This document shows, piece after piece, positions 18,111-27,560 of a stretch of 64,000 nucleotides of DNA. Each line of letters opens with the position of its first letter. Position 1 is the first letter of the stretch. The translations under genes and the position numbers were made by a program. The notes under the pieces were generated by a model that worked only from the letters and a program-made list of their open reading frames with translations, made no database searches and had not been told where the DNA came from. This DNA is from a virus (taxonomy: Duplodnaviria; Caudoviricetes): positions 1-64,000 of the IMG/VR virus record IMGVR_UViG_2823817231_000001. The stretch is one strand, 5' to 3'.

Positions 18111-19409
18111 ATGAACTGGTTTTCCCGCCTTTTGGGTTCGGCTTCGGCCGGGCCATCCGCCGCTGCGTCTGAGCCTGATTATTTCAACGGCCCGCGCGCC
18201 GGTGTTTCGGGCACTATGATCAGCATCAATACGCCCGAGGAGCTGGAACAGGCCCTGCGCCTCGGCAACATGTCGAATTCGGGCGTACCGGTGAATGAAT
18301 GCACGGCGCTGAAGGTCGCAACGGTCTTTGCCTGCCTGCGCATCCGCACCGGCGCCGTTGCCAACACACCGTTGGGTATCAAACGCAAGGTTGATGAACG
18401 CACCCGCGTTGATGCATCCGACCATGAGGCATGGAAGCTGCTGTGCCGCCGCCCGAACAAGTGGCAGACGCCGCAGCAGTTCAAGCGGATGATGGAAGCG
18501 CATGTCCTGCTGCGCGGCAATGCCCATGCGGTGAAGGTACGCGGCGTAGGCGGCAAGGTCATTGCGCTGATCCCGCTGCATCCGGATCGGGTGAAGCGCG
18601 CGCAGCTTGACAGCGGCGAACTGGCTTTCACCTATACCCGCAAGGATGGGCGCCAGTTCGTCTATCCTCAGGAAGACATGTTCTACCTCACCGGCCTGTC
18701 GCTGGATGGAGTGAACGGCCTTTCGGTGCTGCATTTCGCGCGCGAGACGATTGGCGGCATGCTGGCCATGGAAAACCATGGCAACACCGTGTTCCGCAAC
18801 GGCGCCAATGTATCGGCCGCGTTCAAATTGCCTGCGGGCAAGGCGCTGACCAACGAACAGAAGGATTACCTTCGCGCACAGTTGGACGAATATCGGGCGG
18901 GCGGCGCGCGCGAGGGCAAGGCCATCGTTCTGGAAGACGGCCTTGAATACGAACAGATGGCCCTGACATCGAAGGATCTGCAATGGTTGCAGGGCCGCGA
19001 ATTCGGCCGCACCGATGTCTGCATGTTCTTTGGGGTCCAGCCCCATATGATCGGCATCACGGCGGGCAACACCCAGCTGGGCAGCAGCATTGACGGCCAG
19101 ACCCAGAATTTCGTGACCTTCAGCCTCGAAGATAGCTTCATCGCATGGGAAGAGGCCATCGGTCTGCAACTGCTGAAATGGGACGTGTTCACGGCCCTGT
19201 ACGCCCGGTTCAACCGCAACGCGCTGGTGCGTGCGGACTTCAAGACCCGCTGGGAAGGCTACGTCAAGGCCATGCAATGGGGCGTGTTCAGCCCGAACAA
19301 GGTGCTGGCCAAAGAAGACGAAAACCCGCGCCCCGGCGGCGATGTTTATTACGATCCGCCGAACACGGCGGGCACCTCGAACAAGGACAATAGCAATGTC
19401 GCTCCGTAA
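18111..19409 (+). CDS. HK97-family portal protein
   Basis: ALKVATVFAC, RPNKWQT, LLRGNA, LIPLHPDRV, FGVQPHMIG. Confidence 0.95.
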   Translation: MNWFSRLLGSASAGPSAAASEPDYFNGPRAGVSGTMISINTPEELEQALRLGNMSNSGVPVNECTALKVATVFACLRIRTGAVANTPLGIKRKVDERTRVDASDHEAWKLLCRRPNKWQTPQQFKRMMEAHVLLRGNAHAVKVRGVGGKVIALIPLHPDRVKRAQLDSGELAFTYTRKDGRQFVYPQEDMFYLTGLSLDGVNGLSVLHFARETIGGMLAMENHGNTVFRNGANVSAAFKLPAGKALTNEQKDYLRAQLDEYRAGGAREGKAIVLEDGLEYEQMALTSKDLQWLQGREFGRTDVCMFFGVQPHMIGITAGNTQLGSSIDGQTQNFVTFSLEDSFIAWEEAIGLQLLKWDVFTALYARFNRNALVRADFKTRWEGYVKAMQWGVFSPNKVLAKEDENPRPGGDVYYDPPNTAGTSNKDNSNVAP

Positions 19410-20256
19410 CCTGCCGCAGGCGGCCATGCCGACGCGCCCGCAGAATTTCCAGTGGGACGCGCCCAGCGATGTTCTCTCCCGCTGGGCCGATGTGCCGCAG
19501 GCCGCCGCCAGCGATGACGCCAACACGATCACGATCTATGACCAGATCGGCGTGGATTGGTGGACGGGCGAAGGCACCACGGCCAAGCGCATCGCGGGCG
19601 CGCTGCGCAACATCGGCAACAATCCAGTGGCGGTGAACATCAATTCGCCCGGCGGCGATATGTTCGAGGGCATCGCCATCTACAACCTGCTGGCCGCGCA
19701 TCCGGCCAAGGTGACGGTAAATGTGCTGGGCCTTGCCGCCAGCGCCGCCAGCATCATCGCTATGGCGGGCGACACGATCAACATGGGCGTGGGTTCGTTC
19801 CTGATGATCCACAACGCTTGGGGCGTGATCGTGGGCAACAAGAACGACATGCGCGCAGCGGCCGATACCTTCGACGGCTTCGACGGCGCGCTTGCCGATA
19901 TCTATCATGCCCGCACCGGCATGAAGCTGGCCGATGTGAAGGCGCTGCTGGATGCCGAAACCTGGCTCAATTCGTCCGACGCCATTGCCAAGGGCTTTGC
20001 CGACGCGACGGTTGCCGATCCCGCACCGGCCGCAAAGGCCGATGCGCGGGATCATGCCGCCATTCTGGCCCGCCGCCGCACCGAGGGTGCGCTGGCGCAG
20101 GCCGGTTTCTCCCGCGCCGATCGTCAACAGATGATCAGCGCCATGATGGGGTCCAGCGCGATGCAAACCCCACCCGACGCCGCGCGCGATGCAGGCGCCT
20201 TCGACCAAGCAGACCATGCCGCCGCGCAACGGCTGCTCGCAACGCTCTCCGTTTAA
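19396..20256 (+). CDS. ClpP-like head maturation protease
   Basis: INSPGGDMFEG, LAASAASII, LMIHNAW, ETWL. Confidence 0.93.
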   Translation: MSLRNLPQAAMPTRPQNFQWDAPSDVLSRWADVPQAAASDDANTITIYDQIGVDWWTGEGTTAKRIAGALRNIGNNPVAVNINSPGGDMFEGIAIYNLLAAHPAKVTVNVLGLAASAASIIAMAGDTINMGVGSFLMIHNAWGVIVGNKNDMRAAADTFDGFDGALADIYHARTGMKLADVKALLDAETWLNSSDAIAKGFADATVADPAPAAKADARDHAAILARRRTEGALAQAGFSRADRQQMISAMMGSSAMQTPPDAARDAGAFDQADHAAAQRLLATLSV

Positions 20257-20268
20257 AGAGGTTCCACC

Positions 20269-21546
20269 ATGAACATGATGACGCCTATTCGCCGCTTTCG
20301 CGGCCCTGCCCTTGTGCGTGCTGAAACGCCCACCCCTGCCGCCACGCTCGATGCCATCAATCGCGCCGTCACCGAAATGCGCGCGAAGTATGATGAAGAA
20401 CTGGCCGCTGTTCGCAATGGTCAGTCGGATATCGTCCGCACCGAAGAGGTGAACCGCATCAATGCGGCCATCACTGAACTGACCAACACGCTCAATGCGC
20501 AGCAGGAAGCGATTGCCGCCGCCGCCGCGCTGGGCGGCAACGGCCGCAATACGCTGAGCGCCGAAGCGCGCCAGCATGCCGAGACCTTTAACCGCTGGTT
20601 TCGTCGCGGCGATCAGGCGGCCGAAGCCGCTTTGGGCGATCTTCAGGTGCGTGCAGGCCTGACCACCCAGAGCGATCCCGATGGTGGCTGGCTGATGCCG
20701 GAAGAGATGGACCGCACCATCACGCGTGTTCTGAGTGTGGTTTCGGCGATGCGCGGCCTGTCGCGCGTCATCAGCACGGCTACCGGTGAATATTCCGCGC
20801 TGGTGTCGCAGGGCGGCGCGGGCGCCGGTTGGGTCGGCGAAGAAAGCGCCCGCCCGGATACGGGTACGCCGCAGCTGAGCAAGATCGAGCTGGAAACCGG
20901 CGAGATCTATGCCAATCCGGCCGCGACCCAGCGCGTTCTGGATGATGGGTTCATCGACATTGCTCAATGGCTGGCCGATGAAATCTCGATCACCTTTGCC
21001 GAACAGGAAGGCGCCGCCTTCATCAGCGGCAATGGCATCAACAAGCCGCGCGGCATCCTCTCCTATACGCCGGTTGCCAATTCCTCCTATGCCTGGGGCA
21101 AAGTCGGTTTCGTCGTCACCGGCGGCGCCGCCGCCTTTGCCGCATCCAGCCCGACCGATGCTCTGATGGATCTCTATTATTCGCTCAAGGCAGGCTATCG
21201 CAATGGCGCCAGCTTCGTCACCAGCGATGCGGTGTTGGGCACCATCCGCAAGTTCAAGGATGGCCAGGGCAACTATATCTGGGCGCCGCCCACTGCCGAT
21301 ATGCCCGGCACCATTCTGGGCAAGCCGGTGATGACGGATGACAACATGCCCGCGCTGGGTGCCGGCGCGTTCCCCGTTGCCTTCGGCAATTTCCAGCGCG
21401 CCTATACGATCGTTGATCGCATGGGCACCCGCGTGTTGCGCGATCCCTATACCGCCAAGCCCTATGTGAAGTTCTACACCACCAAGCGCGTGGGCGGCGG
21501 GATCACCAATTTCGAGGCGATCAAGCTGCTCAAGTGCTCGACCTGA
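20269..21546 (+). CDS. HK97-fold major capsid protein
   Basis: DGGWLMPEE, AGWVGE, GNGINKPRGIL, KRVGG. Confidence 0.95.
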   Translation: MNMMTPIRRFRGPALVRAETPTPAATLDAINRAVTEMRAKYDEELAAVRNGQSDIVRTEEVNRINAAITELTNTLNAQQEAIAAAAALGGNGRNTLSAEARQHAETFNRWFRRGDQAAEAALGDLQVRAGLTTQSDPDGGWLMPEEMDRTITRVLSVVSAMRGLSRVISTATGEYSALVSQGGAGAGWVGEESARPDTGTPQLSKIELETGEIYANPAATQRVLDDGFIDIAQWLADEISITFAEQEGAAFISGNGINKPRGILSYTPVANSSYAWGKVGFVVTGGAAAFAASSPTDALMDLYYSLKAGYRNGASFVTSDAVLGTIRKFKDGQGNYIWAPPTADMPGTILGKPVMTDDNMPALGAGAFPVAFGNFQRAYTIVDRMGTRVLRDPYTAKPYVKFYTTKRVGGGITNFEAIKLLKCST

Positions 21547-21635
21547 TCAGCGCCTAGGCGGGTTGTAACTGCATCCCGCCTCCTTCCAGCGCTGGATATG
21601 ATCCGGCGTTTCACCAAAATTTGCGGAGAAATCCC

Positions 21636-22073
21636 ATGGAAGACATGCATTCGAACATCGCGCTGGCGGTGGCGATCGCTGCTGCGGCTTATGCGGCGGA
21701 CAGCACCGCCGTCACTATCGACCGTCTGGGCTATGATTCGCTGGAAATCGCGCTCAATATCGGTGTTGGTGGCATCACCTTTTCGGGAACGAACAAGATT
21801 GAATTTGTTCTGACCCATTCGGATGATGACAGCACCTATACCGCTGTCGCCGATGCGGACATGCTGGGTGTTTCCGGCATCACCAATGGCATCATCAAGG
21901 CTTTGGTCGCCGCCCATGCCGCAGCGGCCGTCTATCGCTTCGGTTACAAGGGCGGAAAGCGCTACCTCAAGCTGGTCGCCGATTTCAGCGGCACGCATGG
22001 TACGGCCACGCCGATTGCGGCCAGCGCCATTCTTGGCGATCCGGCGCTGGCGCCGGTGGCCAATCAGGCCTGA
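21636..22073 (+). CDS. Putative capsid decoration/cement protein
   Basis: Beta-rich, directly after MCP; GYKGGKRYLKLV. Confidence 0.55.
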   Translation: MEDMHSNIALAVAIAAAAYAADSTAVTIDRLGYDSLEIALNIGVGGITFSGTNKIEFVLTHSDDDSTYTAVADADMLGVSGITNGIIKALVAAHAAAAVYRFGYKGGKRYLKLVADFSGTHGTATPIAASAILGDPALAPVANQA

Positions 22074-22086
22074 TGCCGGATAACTG

Positions 22087-22117
22087 GCGGGCCGGGCCAT
22101 TCCGGCCCGCCATTTTC
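22087..22117 (+). terminator. Terminator after head genes
   Basis: GGCGGGCCGG...CCGGCCCGCC hairpin then ATTTT. Confidence 0.55.
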
Positions 22118-22143
22118 CCAATCACGATTTTCAGGAGGCGATC

Positions 22144-22695
22144 TTGGGTCTGACACTGGTCACCCCGGCCACCGAAGCGCCGATCACGCGCGATGAGGTG
22201 AAGGTGTGGGCGCGGATCAGCGCGGACAACACCGCCTTCGATGCTGCCATCGATATGGTCATCCCCGGCGTCGTGCGCCAGATCGAGAAATACACCGCCA
22301 AGACCATCAGCGAACAGGTCTGGGAACTGACCCTCGACGGGTTTTGCAGCGTGATCGATCTGCCGCGTGGGCCGGTCACGGCCATCGACAGCTTCACCTA
22401 TCTGGACAGCAACGGCACCTCGCGCGACGTGATGGCCAGCACCTATGTCCTCGACCTCACCTGTTCGCCCCAGCGCGTCCTGTTGGAGCCCAATGCGGCT
22501 TGGCCGTCCTATCAAAACCGCCTGTCGGTCATCACCATCCGGTTTAGGACCAAGATGCTGGACGACATGGCGGCGGCCGACATGAAACAGGCGATGATCA
22601 TGCTGGCGGCCTATCGGTTCGACCATCCCGAGGATGGCGCCATTCCGGAGGGCATCCGCGACCTGCTGTCATCCTATCGCGATCTGGTGATCTGA
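22144..22695 (+). CDS. Head-tail connector (gp6-like)
   Basis: PITRDEVK...QVWELTLDGF...LPRGPV; AGGAGG + TTG. Confidence 0.82.
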   Translation: MGLTLVTPATEAPITRDEVKVWARISADNTAFDAAIDMVIPGVVRQIEKYTAKTISEQVWELTLDGFCSVIDLPRGPVTAIDSFTYLDSNGTSRDVMASTYVLDLTCSPQRVLLEPNAAWPSYQNRLSVITIRFRTKMLDDMAAADMKQAMIMLAAYRFDHPEDGAIPEGIRDLLSSYRDLVI

Positions 22696-23048
22696 TGGCG
22701 GACTATGGGCGAAACAGCGGCGCCCTGCGCGACCGTATCCAGCTGCGCCGCATGCAGCTGGTGGACGACGGCAAGGGCGGCCAGACCAAGGCCCCGATCA
22801 TTTATGCGCAGCCCTATGCCCGCATCGAGGATCTGGGCGGCCGCGAATCGGTGATCGCCCACGCCTTGCAGGGCATAAAGGCCGTCCGCATCACCATCCG
22901 CTGGCAGGAAGGCGTTTCCGAAGAGGATCAGGTGATCCTGCCCGATGGCTCCGAAGTGACGGTCACCGCGCCGCCCACCGATCCGGATTATCGCCGCCGC
23001 TGGCTGGTCATCATGGCCAGCAACGAAAGCGTAGTGAGGGCCGAATGA
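22695..23048 (+). CDS. Head closure protein
   Basis: GALRDRIQL...DDGKGG...ITIRW. Confidence 0.8.
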   Translation: MADYGRNSGALRDRIQLRRMQLVDDGKGGQTKAPIIYAQPYARIEDLGGRESVIAHALQGIKAVRITIRWQEGVSEEDQVILPDGSEVTVTAPPTDPDYRRRWLVIMASNESVVRAE

Positions 23049-23533
23049 CCCAGACCGTCGAAAACCTGTCCGCCACACTGTCGTTTCTGGCCTCGGTCGA
23101 GCCCGCCGCGCGGCGCAGGCTGGCGCAGGAGCTGGGTGATCTGGGCGAACAGGCGCTGGCGGTTCAGATGGCCGCCGCGCCGGTCCGCACCGGCCGCCTT
23201 CGCGATGCGCTGACCGTCGCCCAGGCGATCAGCGGCCTGCGCGTCCGCGTGGGCTATCCCGACCTGAAATCCGGCCGCGATCCGCGCTTCTATGCGATCA
23301 TGCAGGAGGGCGGGGTCAAAGCGGGCGAAAAGACCGTCACTCGGCTCAACAAGCGCAAGGGCCGCACGGTCCAGAAGGGCCGCGTCAAGGTCTATCCGCG
23401 CAGCACCTATATCATGCACTGGCGCGCTCGCGAAGGTCGCCATTTCGTCCATCAGGAAAGCCGCTTCGATCAGCTGCTGATCGCTGTCCAGGATCGCTTC
23501 TGGGCCGAAACCCTCAATGATGTCGGAGCCTGA
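23045..23533 (+). CDS. HK97 gp10-like tail completion protein
   Basis: APVRTGRLR...FYAIMQEGG. Confidence 0.75.
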   Translation: MTQTVENLSATLSFLASVEPAARRRLAQELGDLGEQALAVQMAAAPVRTGRLRDALTVAQAISGLRVRVGYPDLKSGRDPRFYAIMQEGGVKAGEKTVTRLNKRKGRTVQKGRVKVYPRSTYIMHWRAREGRHFVHQESRFDQLLIAVQDRFWAETLNDVGA

Positions 23534-23535
23534 CC

Positions 23536-23976
23536 TTGGCCGAAGATGTTGACCTTCTGACCCCGTCGCAGGACGCGCTGTTCGCCGCGCTGGCGCCGCT
23601 GGCGGGCGCGGCGGATCGGCCGGATGATCTGTCCCCCGATCTGGCCCAGCTTCAGGTGTTTCAGCATCTGCCCGAAAACACCCAGCCACCCTATATCCTG
23701 ATCGGCACCATCGAGGCCGATGATTTCGCAAGCCGCGATGAACAGGCCAGCACGATTAAGGCCGAGGTCATCACCGTTTGGCGCGGCAACCGCCGCCGCG
23801 AACTGCTCTGGATGATGTGGCAGGTTCGCCGCCGCCTGAATTATCAGCGCATCGCCGCCGATGGCGCCGCCTTCAACCGCCCGCAGATCGAGAAGGAAAT
23901 CGCCAGCGAGGCCATTGCCGACGGCGTGACCTACACCGGCCTGTCCACCTTCACTTTCACCGCTCAACCTGCCTGA
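23536..23976 (+). CDS. Tail terminator (DUF3168-like)
   Basis: QDALFAAL...VFQHLP...PYILIG; synteny. Confidence 0.75.
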   Translation: MAEDVDLLTPSQDALFAALAPLAGAADRPDDLSPDLAQLQVFQHLPENTQPPYILIGTIEADDFASRDEQASTIKAEVITVWRGNRRRELLWMMWQVRRRLNYQRIAADGAAFNRPQIEKEIASEAIADGVTYTGLSTFTFTAQPA

Positions 23977-23986
23977 GGAGGGCATT

Positions 23987-24427
23987 ATGACTGCTATCCA
24001 CCAACTTGGTAAAGACTATCGCGTCAAGATTTCGGACGGCGCCGGTACGCCCGCATTCCTGACCATCGCAGGCGAACAGAAGGTCAGCCGCAAATCCAGC
24101 AGCGACGCCATCGACACCAGCTCGAAGGACGACGGCGCCTATAAGACCGGCACCTATGGCCAAAAGACCATCTCCCTGTCGGTCAACGGCATCACCAAGA
24201 TCCCCGATCCGGGCTATACCCGTCTGTATGCCGTGCAGAAGCTGGCCCTGCCCGAGGTCGAGGTTCAGCTGGTCAACACCATCACCGATGAAGTGGTGTT
24301 TCAGGCCGTCATGGGCGTCGGCAATTTCGCCGATGATTACGACCAGAAGACCGGCGCGACCTGGAGCCCCGATCTGACGCTGGCCGCTGCGCCCACCATC
24401 GATATCGTGCCGACTGGGAGCGACTAA
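23987..24427 (+). CDS. Tail tube protein
   Basis: GKDYRVKI...IDTSSKDD; synteny. Confidence 0.82.
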   Translation: MTAIHQLGKDYRVKISDGAGTPAFLTIAGEQKVSRKSSSDAIDTSSKDDGAYKTGTYGQKTISLSVNGITKIPDPGYTRLYAVQKLALPEVEVQLVNTITDEVVFQAVMGVGNFADDYDQKTGATWSPDLTLAAAPTIDIVPTGSD

Positions 24428-24992
24428 TGGCAGTCAATCGTAAACCTCGGGCCGGGCGTTCTGCCCGGCCGAAGGCCAATCCCGTTCGCGGCGAGGCCAC
24501 CCTCACCCTTGCCGGGGTCGAATATGTCCTTCGCCCCACATCGGAAGCCGCCTTTGCCATCGAGGAGGAACTGGGCGGCAGCATGTTGCTGCTGGTCCAG
24601 CGCGCGGGCTCGGTGGCGCTCAGCTATCGCGAGCTGGGGACCATCGCGGGGGCCTTTATCCGCGCGGGCGCCGCGCCGGATGACAAGCTGACCGCCAACA
24701 TCAATGATGATGCGCTGGCCGACCTGATCTATGCCGAGGGTCAGGTAAAGGTTCTGGGCATCCTGTCCGCCGTGATGGCCAATGTCGTGAACGGCGGATA
24801 CACCCCGCAGGGGGAGCCGCGCGCGGTGGCGGAGACCCCGTAGAGGGCCATGCCCGCTACCGCATGCTGATGGGCGTCATGATGGACGCCTTTGGGTGGA
24901 GCGCGGATCAGTTCTGGCGATCCACGCCCCATGAAATCTGGGCCATGATCGAGGCGCGGCAAAGGGCGAATGCGCGGATCAATCAGGAGTGA
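24427..24992 (+). CDS. Tail assembly chaperone G (24427-24843) and -1 frameshift extension GT (to 24992)
   Basis: NPVRGEATL...YVLRPT; slippery G-GGG-GAG at 24810-24816 opens -1 frame encoding GWSADQFWRSTPHE. Confidence 0.8.
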
Positions 24993-24995
24993 TCG

Positions 24996-25349
24996 TCATG
25001 ATGCATCTTGCTCACCATCCAGACCAGCTGATGTTGCAACGGCATCAGCGACAGATCGAAGACTTGCAGCTAGCTGTTTCGCTGCTTTCGTCTCAACTTC
25101 GGCATATGGAGTGTTCGATGCGAGGCCGTGAACCTTCTCCGTCCAGAAGAACGAATTACTGTCCAGCGGCCCACCGTCCTTCACTCGCCCGGTGATATAA
25201 AACGTTACGCCAAAATATTCTGGTATTTCAGGCGTCCCGATAACATTGACCGTGGTATTGCCTTCTGTTGTTGAAGTGGTCGGAACTTCATCAACCTTGT
25301 TGAAATATTGAACTGAACCATAGCCCACAATCACTTCAAGGTCGCTCAT
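24996..25349 (-). CDS. Low-GC moron, hypothetical protein
   Basis: 117 aa, GGAGGG RBS, opposite strand. Confidence 0.65.
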   Translation of the reverse strand: MSDLEVIVGYGSVQYFNKVDEVPTTSTTEGNTTVNVIGTPEIPEYFGVTFYITGRVKDGGPLDSNSFFWTEKVHGLASNTPYAEVETKAAKQLAASLRSVADAVATSAGLDGEQDAS

Positions 25350-25387
25350 AAACCCTCCGAATCGTTGAAGGGCTTACGGTGGTCTAC

Positions 25388-25576
25388 CTATTCGGATGAG
25401 TCCAGAGAGGCGCGCAGGATGCGGCGGATGGCTTCGGGGCGGGTCAGGGGTTCGCTCTGGGCGGCGATATAGGCGTCGAGGGCAGCCAACTCCTCGGGCG
25501 GAAACCGCGTGTTGACTGGCGTAGCATCGACCTTCGGTCGTCCTCGCGGTTTTCTAGCGCTGGGTAATGTTGACAT
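25388..25576 (-). CDS. Ribbon-helix-helix (Arc/CopG-like) regulator
   Basis: RGRPKVDATPVNTRFPPEELAALD...TRPEAIRRIL. Confidence 0.8.
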   Translation of the reverse strand: MSTLPSARKPRGRPKVDATPVNTRFPPEELAALDAYIAAQSEPLTRPEAIRRILRASLDSSE

Positions 25577-25600
25577 AGGCATTTTCTAGCGCCATATAAG
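25550..25600 (+). promoter_or_regulatory. Promoter flanked by TTTTCTAGCGC direct repeats (25550-25560, 25582-25592)
   Basis: TTGACA at 25570; identical 11-mers on either side. Confidence 0.65.
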
Positions 25601-25668
25601 GCGGGCGGCAAGAGAGATTGAGCCCTCTCCGCCGCCCTAACCGCAACGTGCTTTACAGGAGCAACGTC

Positions 25669-26112
25669 ATGGCTGATGCCGCCTATAACAGCGGATCGCA
25701 CCCCCGTGCGACCGGAAAATGCAACGAAAATTCCAGCGCCTTCATCGCCGCCCTTCTGGCGCCCCTGCCCGAGGGCGAAGAACCGGCGGCAAGCAAGACC
25801 TGGCTGCGCCGGCTCGATACCGATGCGCGCATCATGTGGCAAATGGGCATGGAAGAAGTGGAACATGCGCGGGCGCATTGCATTGTGGATGACGAAAGGC
25901 TGCGTCGGTTGAAGATTCTGCGCGACAGCGCCAGCTTTGCCGTGCTGGGTGCATGGAATGCCGCGATTGATCGGCAATGCTGCATTCCGGCGCCGGGCAT
26001 TATGGCCCTACGCTGGAAAAGGCGCCAACTGCGTTTCAGCAAGCTGTCCGATGCTGCCCTTGCCCAGATCGCCGCCGATGAAGCCCGTATGGCCGCAAAG
26101 GTGGCCGCATGA
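25669..26112 (+). CDS. Hypothetical protein
   Basis: AGGAG RBS, coupled to Rha gene. Confidence 0.65.
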   Translation: MADAAYNSGSHPRATGKCNENSSAFIAALLAPLPEGEEPAASKTWLRRLDTDARIMWQMGMEEVEHARAHCIVDDERLRRLKILRDSASFAVLGAWNAAIDRQCCIPAPGIMALRWKRRQLRFSKLSDAALAQIAADEARMAAKVAA

Positions 26113-26882
26113 ACGCGCTGGTGCGGATCGAGGCGGATCGCGTCGTGGCCGATAGCCGCGACGTGGCGGCGGACTTTGGCAAGCAGCATGCGCATGTTTT
26201 GCGCGCCATTGATACGAAGATCAAAACCAAGCCGGATCTTGCATCCAATTTTGGATGCAAGATGTTTCAGATCGACGCGGGCAAAGGCGCCCGGCGCTCT
26301 GCCCGTTGCTACGATATGGACCGCAAGGGCTTCATGCTTCTGGTAATGGGCTTCTCCGGGAAAAAGGCGCTCGATATTCAAGCGTGCTGGATCGATGCAT
26401 TTGACCGCATGGAGCAGCAGCTCCAGCGCGCACTGGAAGTCAGCAATGATGAAGGTGAAATTGAGCCTGTCGAAGCGATGGCGTCGCTGCCCGTCGATTT
26501 CCGCGACCGCCTCCGTTTTGTCTCCGAAGCTCGCCTACTGGGCGGAAAGGAGGCCGGGCGGCGGGCATGGCGGGTGATGGAATTTCCAGACGTGTTTGTC
26601 CCTGAGGCGCTGCTTAAGACCTTTAAGGAAACGCACCGGCTAATCTCGCAGAAGGCGGAAGATGCCGGGATCGCAGATTGGGCCAGAGAGCGGCTTGCAG
26701 TGGCAGAGGGATACCGTGCCCGCCTTGGTATATTCTACGCCGATTATGATGATTGGCATAGAACACACCGGGGCGGAGGTGCGCCGGTCAGCATCGTGAC
26801 CTTTGGTAAGGCGGTAAAGGGGTTGGGCCTGCGAACCTATCGGTCGGATGGGTCCTATTTAGCTGGTTGGATGTTGGCTTAA
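26109..26882 (+). CDS. Rha-family regulator with C-terminal D5-like winged helix
   Basis: DSRDVAADFGKQHAHVLRAI...YDMDRKGFMLLVMGFSGKKA...WIDAFDRME. Confidence 0.85.
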   Translation: MNALVRIEADRVVADSRDVAADFGKQHAHVLRAIDTKIKTKPDLASNFGCKMFQIDAGKGARRSARCYDMDRKGFMLLVMGFSGKKALDIQACWIDAFDRMEQQLQRALEVSNDEGEIEPVEAMASLPVDFRDRLRFVSEARLLGGKEAGRRAWRVMEFPDVFVPEALLKTFKETHRLISQKAEDAGIADWARERLAVAEGYRARLGIFYADYDDWHRTHRGGGAPVSIVTFGKAVKGLGLRTYRSDGSYLAGWMLA

Positions 26883-26887
26883 ATTGA

Positions 26888-27478
26888 CTACTTATCGGTT
26901 ATTAGTGTCTTCGCGTAGTTCGTTCGCAGAATTGCAGCCGCAACAATTGTTCCGGTAATAGTAATGCTCTGGTAGTCTCCAAATCTATCATACAAGCGAA
27001 ACTGCCAGCCATCTTCGGAGCAAACCTTTGCTTGATCTGCTGATACCTTTAAAACTCGCTCAGGTATTTCAAATGTCAGGTCTTCGGAAATAGTGCATCG
27101 TCTATAGGCGCCGCACGACAAAACGGATGTGTCCAATTTGTTTACACGGAGTGAGATTGGATTATCGCCATCCATATAGGCAGCCGTCGAATAATCGCGA
27201 TGCTCGCCATCATATATGGCACGAACATAAATTTGATAATCTATACTTTTATTTTTACGTGACACAAAACTTCGAATGATAGCATAACTTGAAAATGCAT
27301 CTTTTGAAGTAAATGGTCCGAACTGCAATTTCAAGGCGGGCTGAAATGGATCGTCTTGAATGTCTACAACTGATGCTATTTCCTCTGGCGTTTTTGACAG
27401 CAACTCGCGGTCTTTTTTGGACAGCCCCTTCAAGTCGCATTGGGCGGCAAGTGCTAAGATTAAAGGTGCGAGAATCAT
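26888..27478 (-). CDS. Low-GC exported protein (moron)
   Basis: Signal-like MILAPLILALAAQC; AAGGAGG RBS. Confidence 0.7.
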   Translation of the reverse strand: MILAPLILALAAQCDLKGLSKKDRELLSKTPEEIASVVDIQDDPFQPALKLQFGPFTSKDAFSSYAIIRSFVSRKNKSIDYQIYVRAIYDGEHRDYSTAAYMDGDNPISLRVNKLDTSVLSCGAYRRCTISEDLTFEIPERVLKVSADQAKVCSEDGWQFRLYDRFGDYQSITITGTIVAAAILRTNYAKTLITDK

Positions 27479-27521
27479 AAAGCCCTCCTTATCGGAAGGT
27501 ATTTTTACATAGTGTACCCAG

Positions 27522-27545
27522 CCCCGCCAACCGGCGGGGTTTTTT
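27522..27545 (+). terminator. Terminator upstream of tape measure gene
   Basis: CCCCGCC-AACC-GGCGGGG-T6. Confidence 0.75.
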
Positions 27546-27560
27546 ATTGGAGCAAAGCCC

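Noticed and set aside
17844-20967. Long minus-strand ORFs (562 and 559 aa) opposite portal, protease and capsid
   Set aside because: Codon-aligned shadows of high-GC genes, with no motifs or coupling. The same applies to 55801-57561 and similar ORFs.
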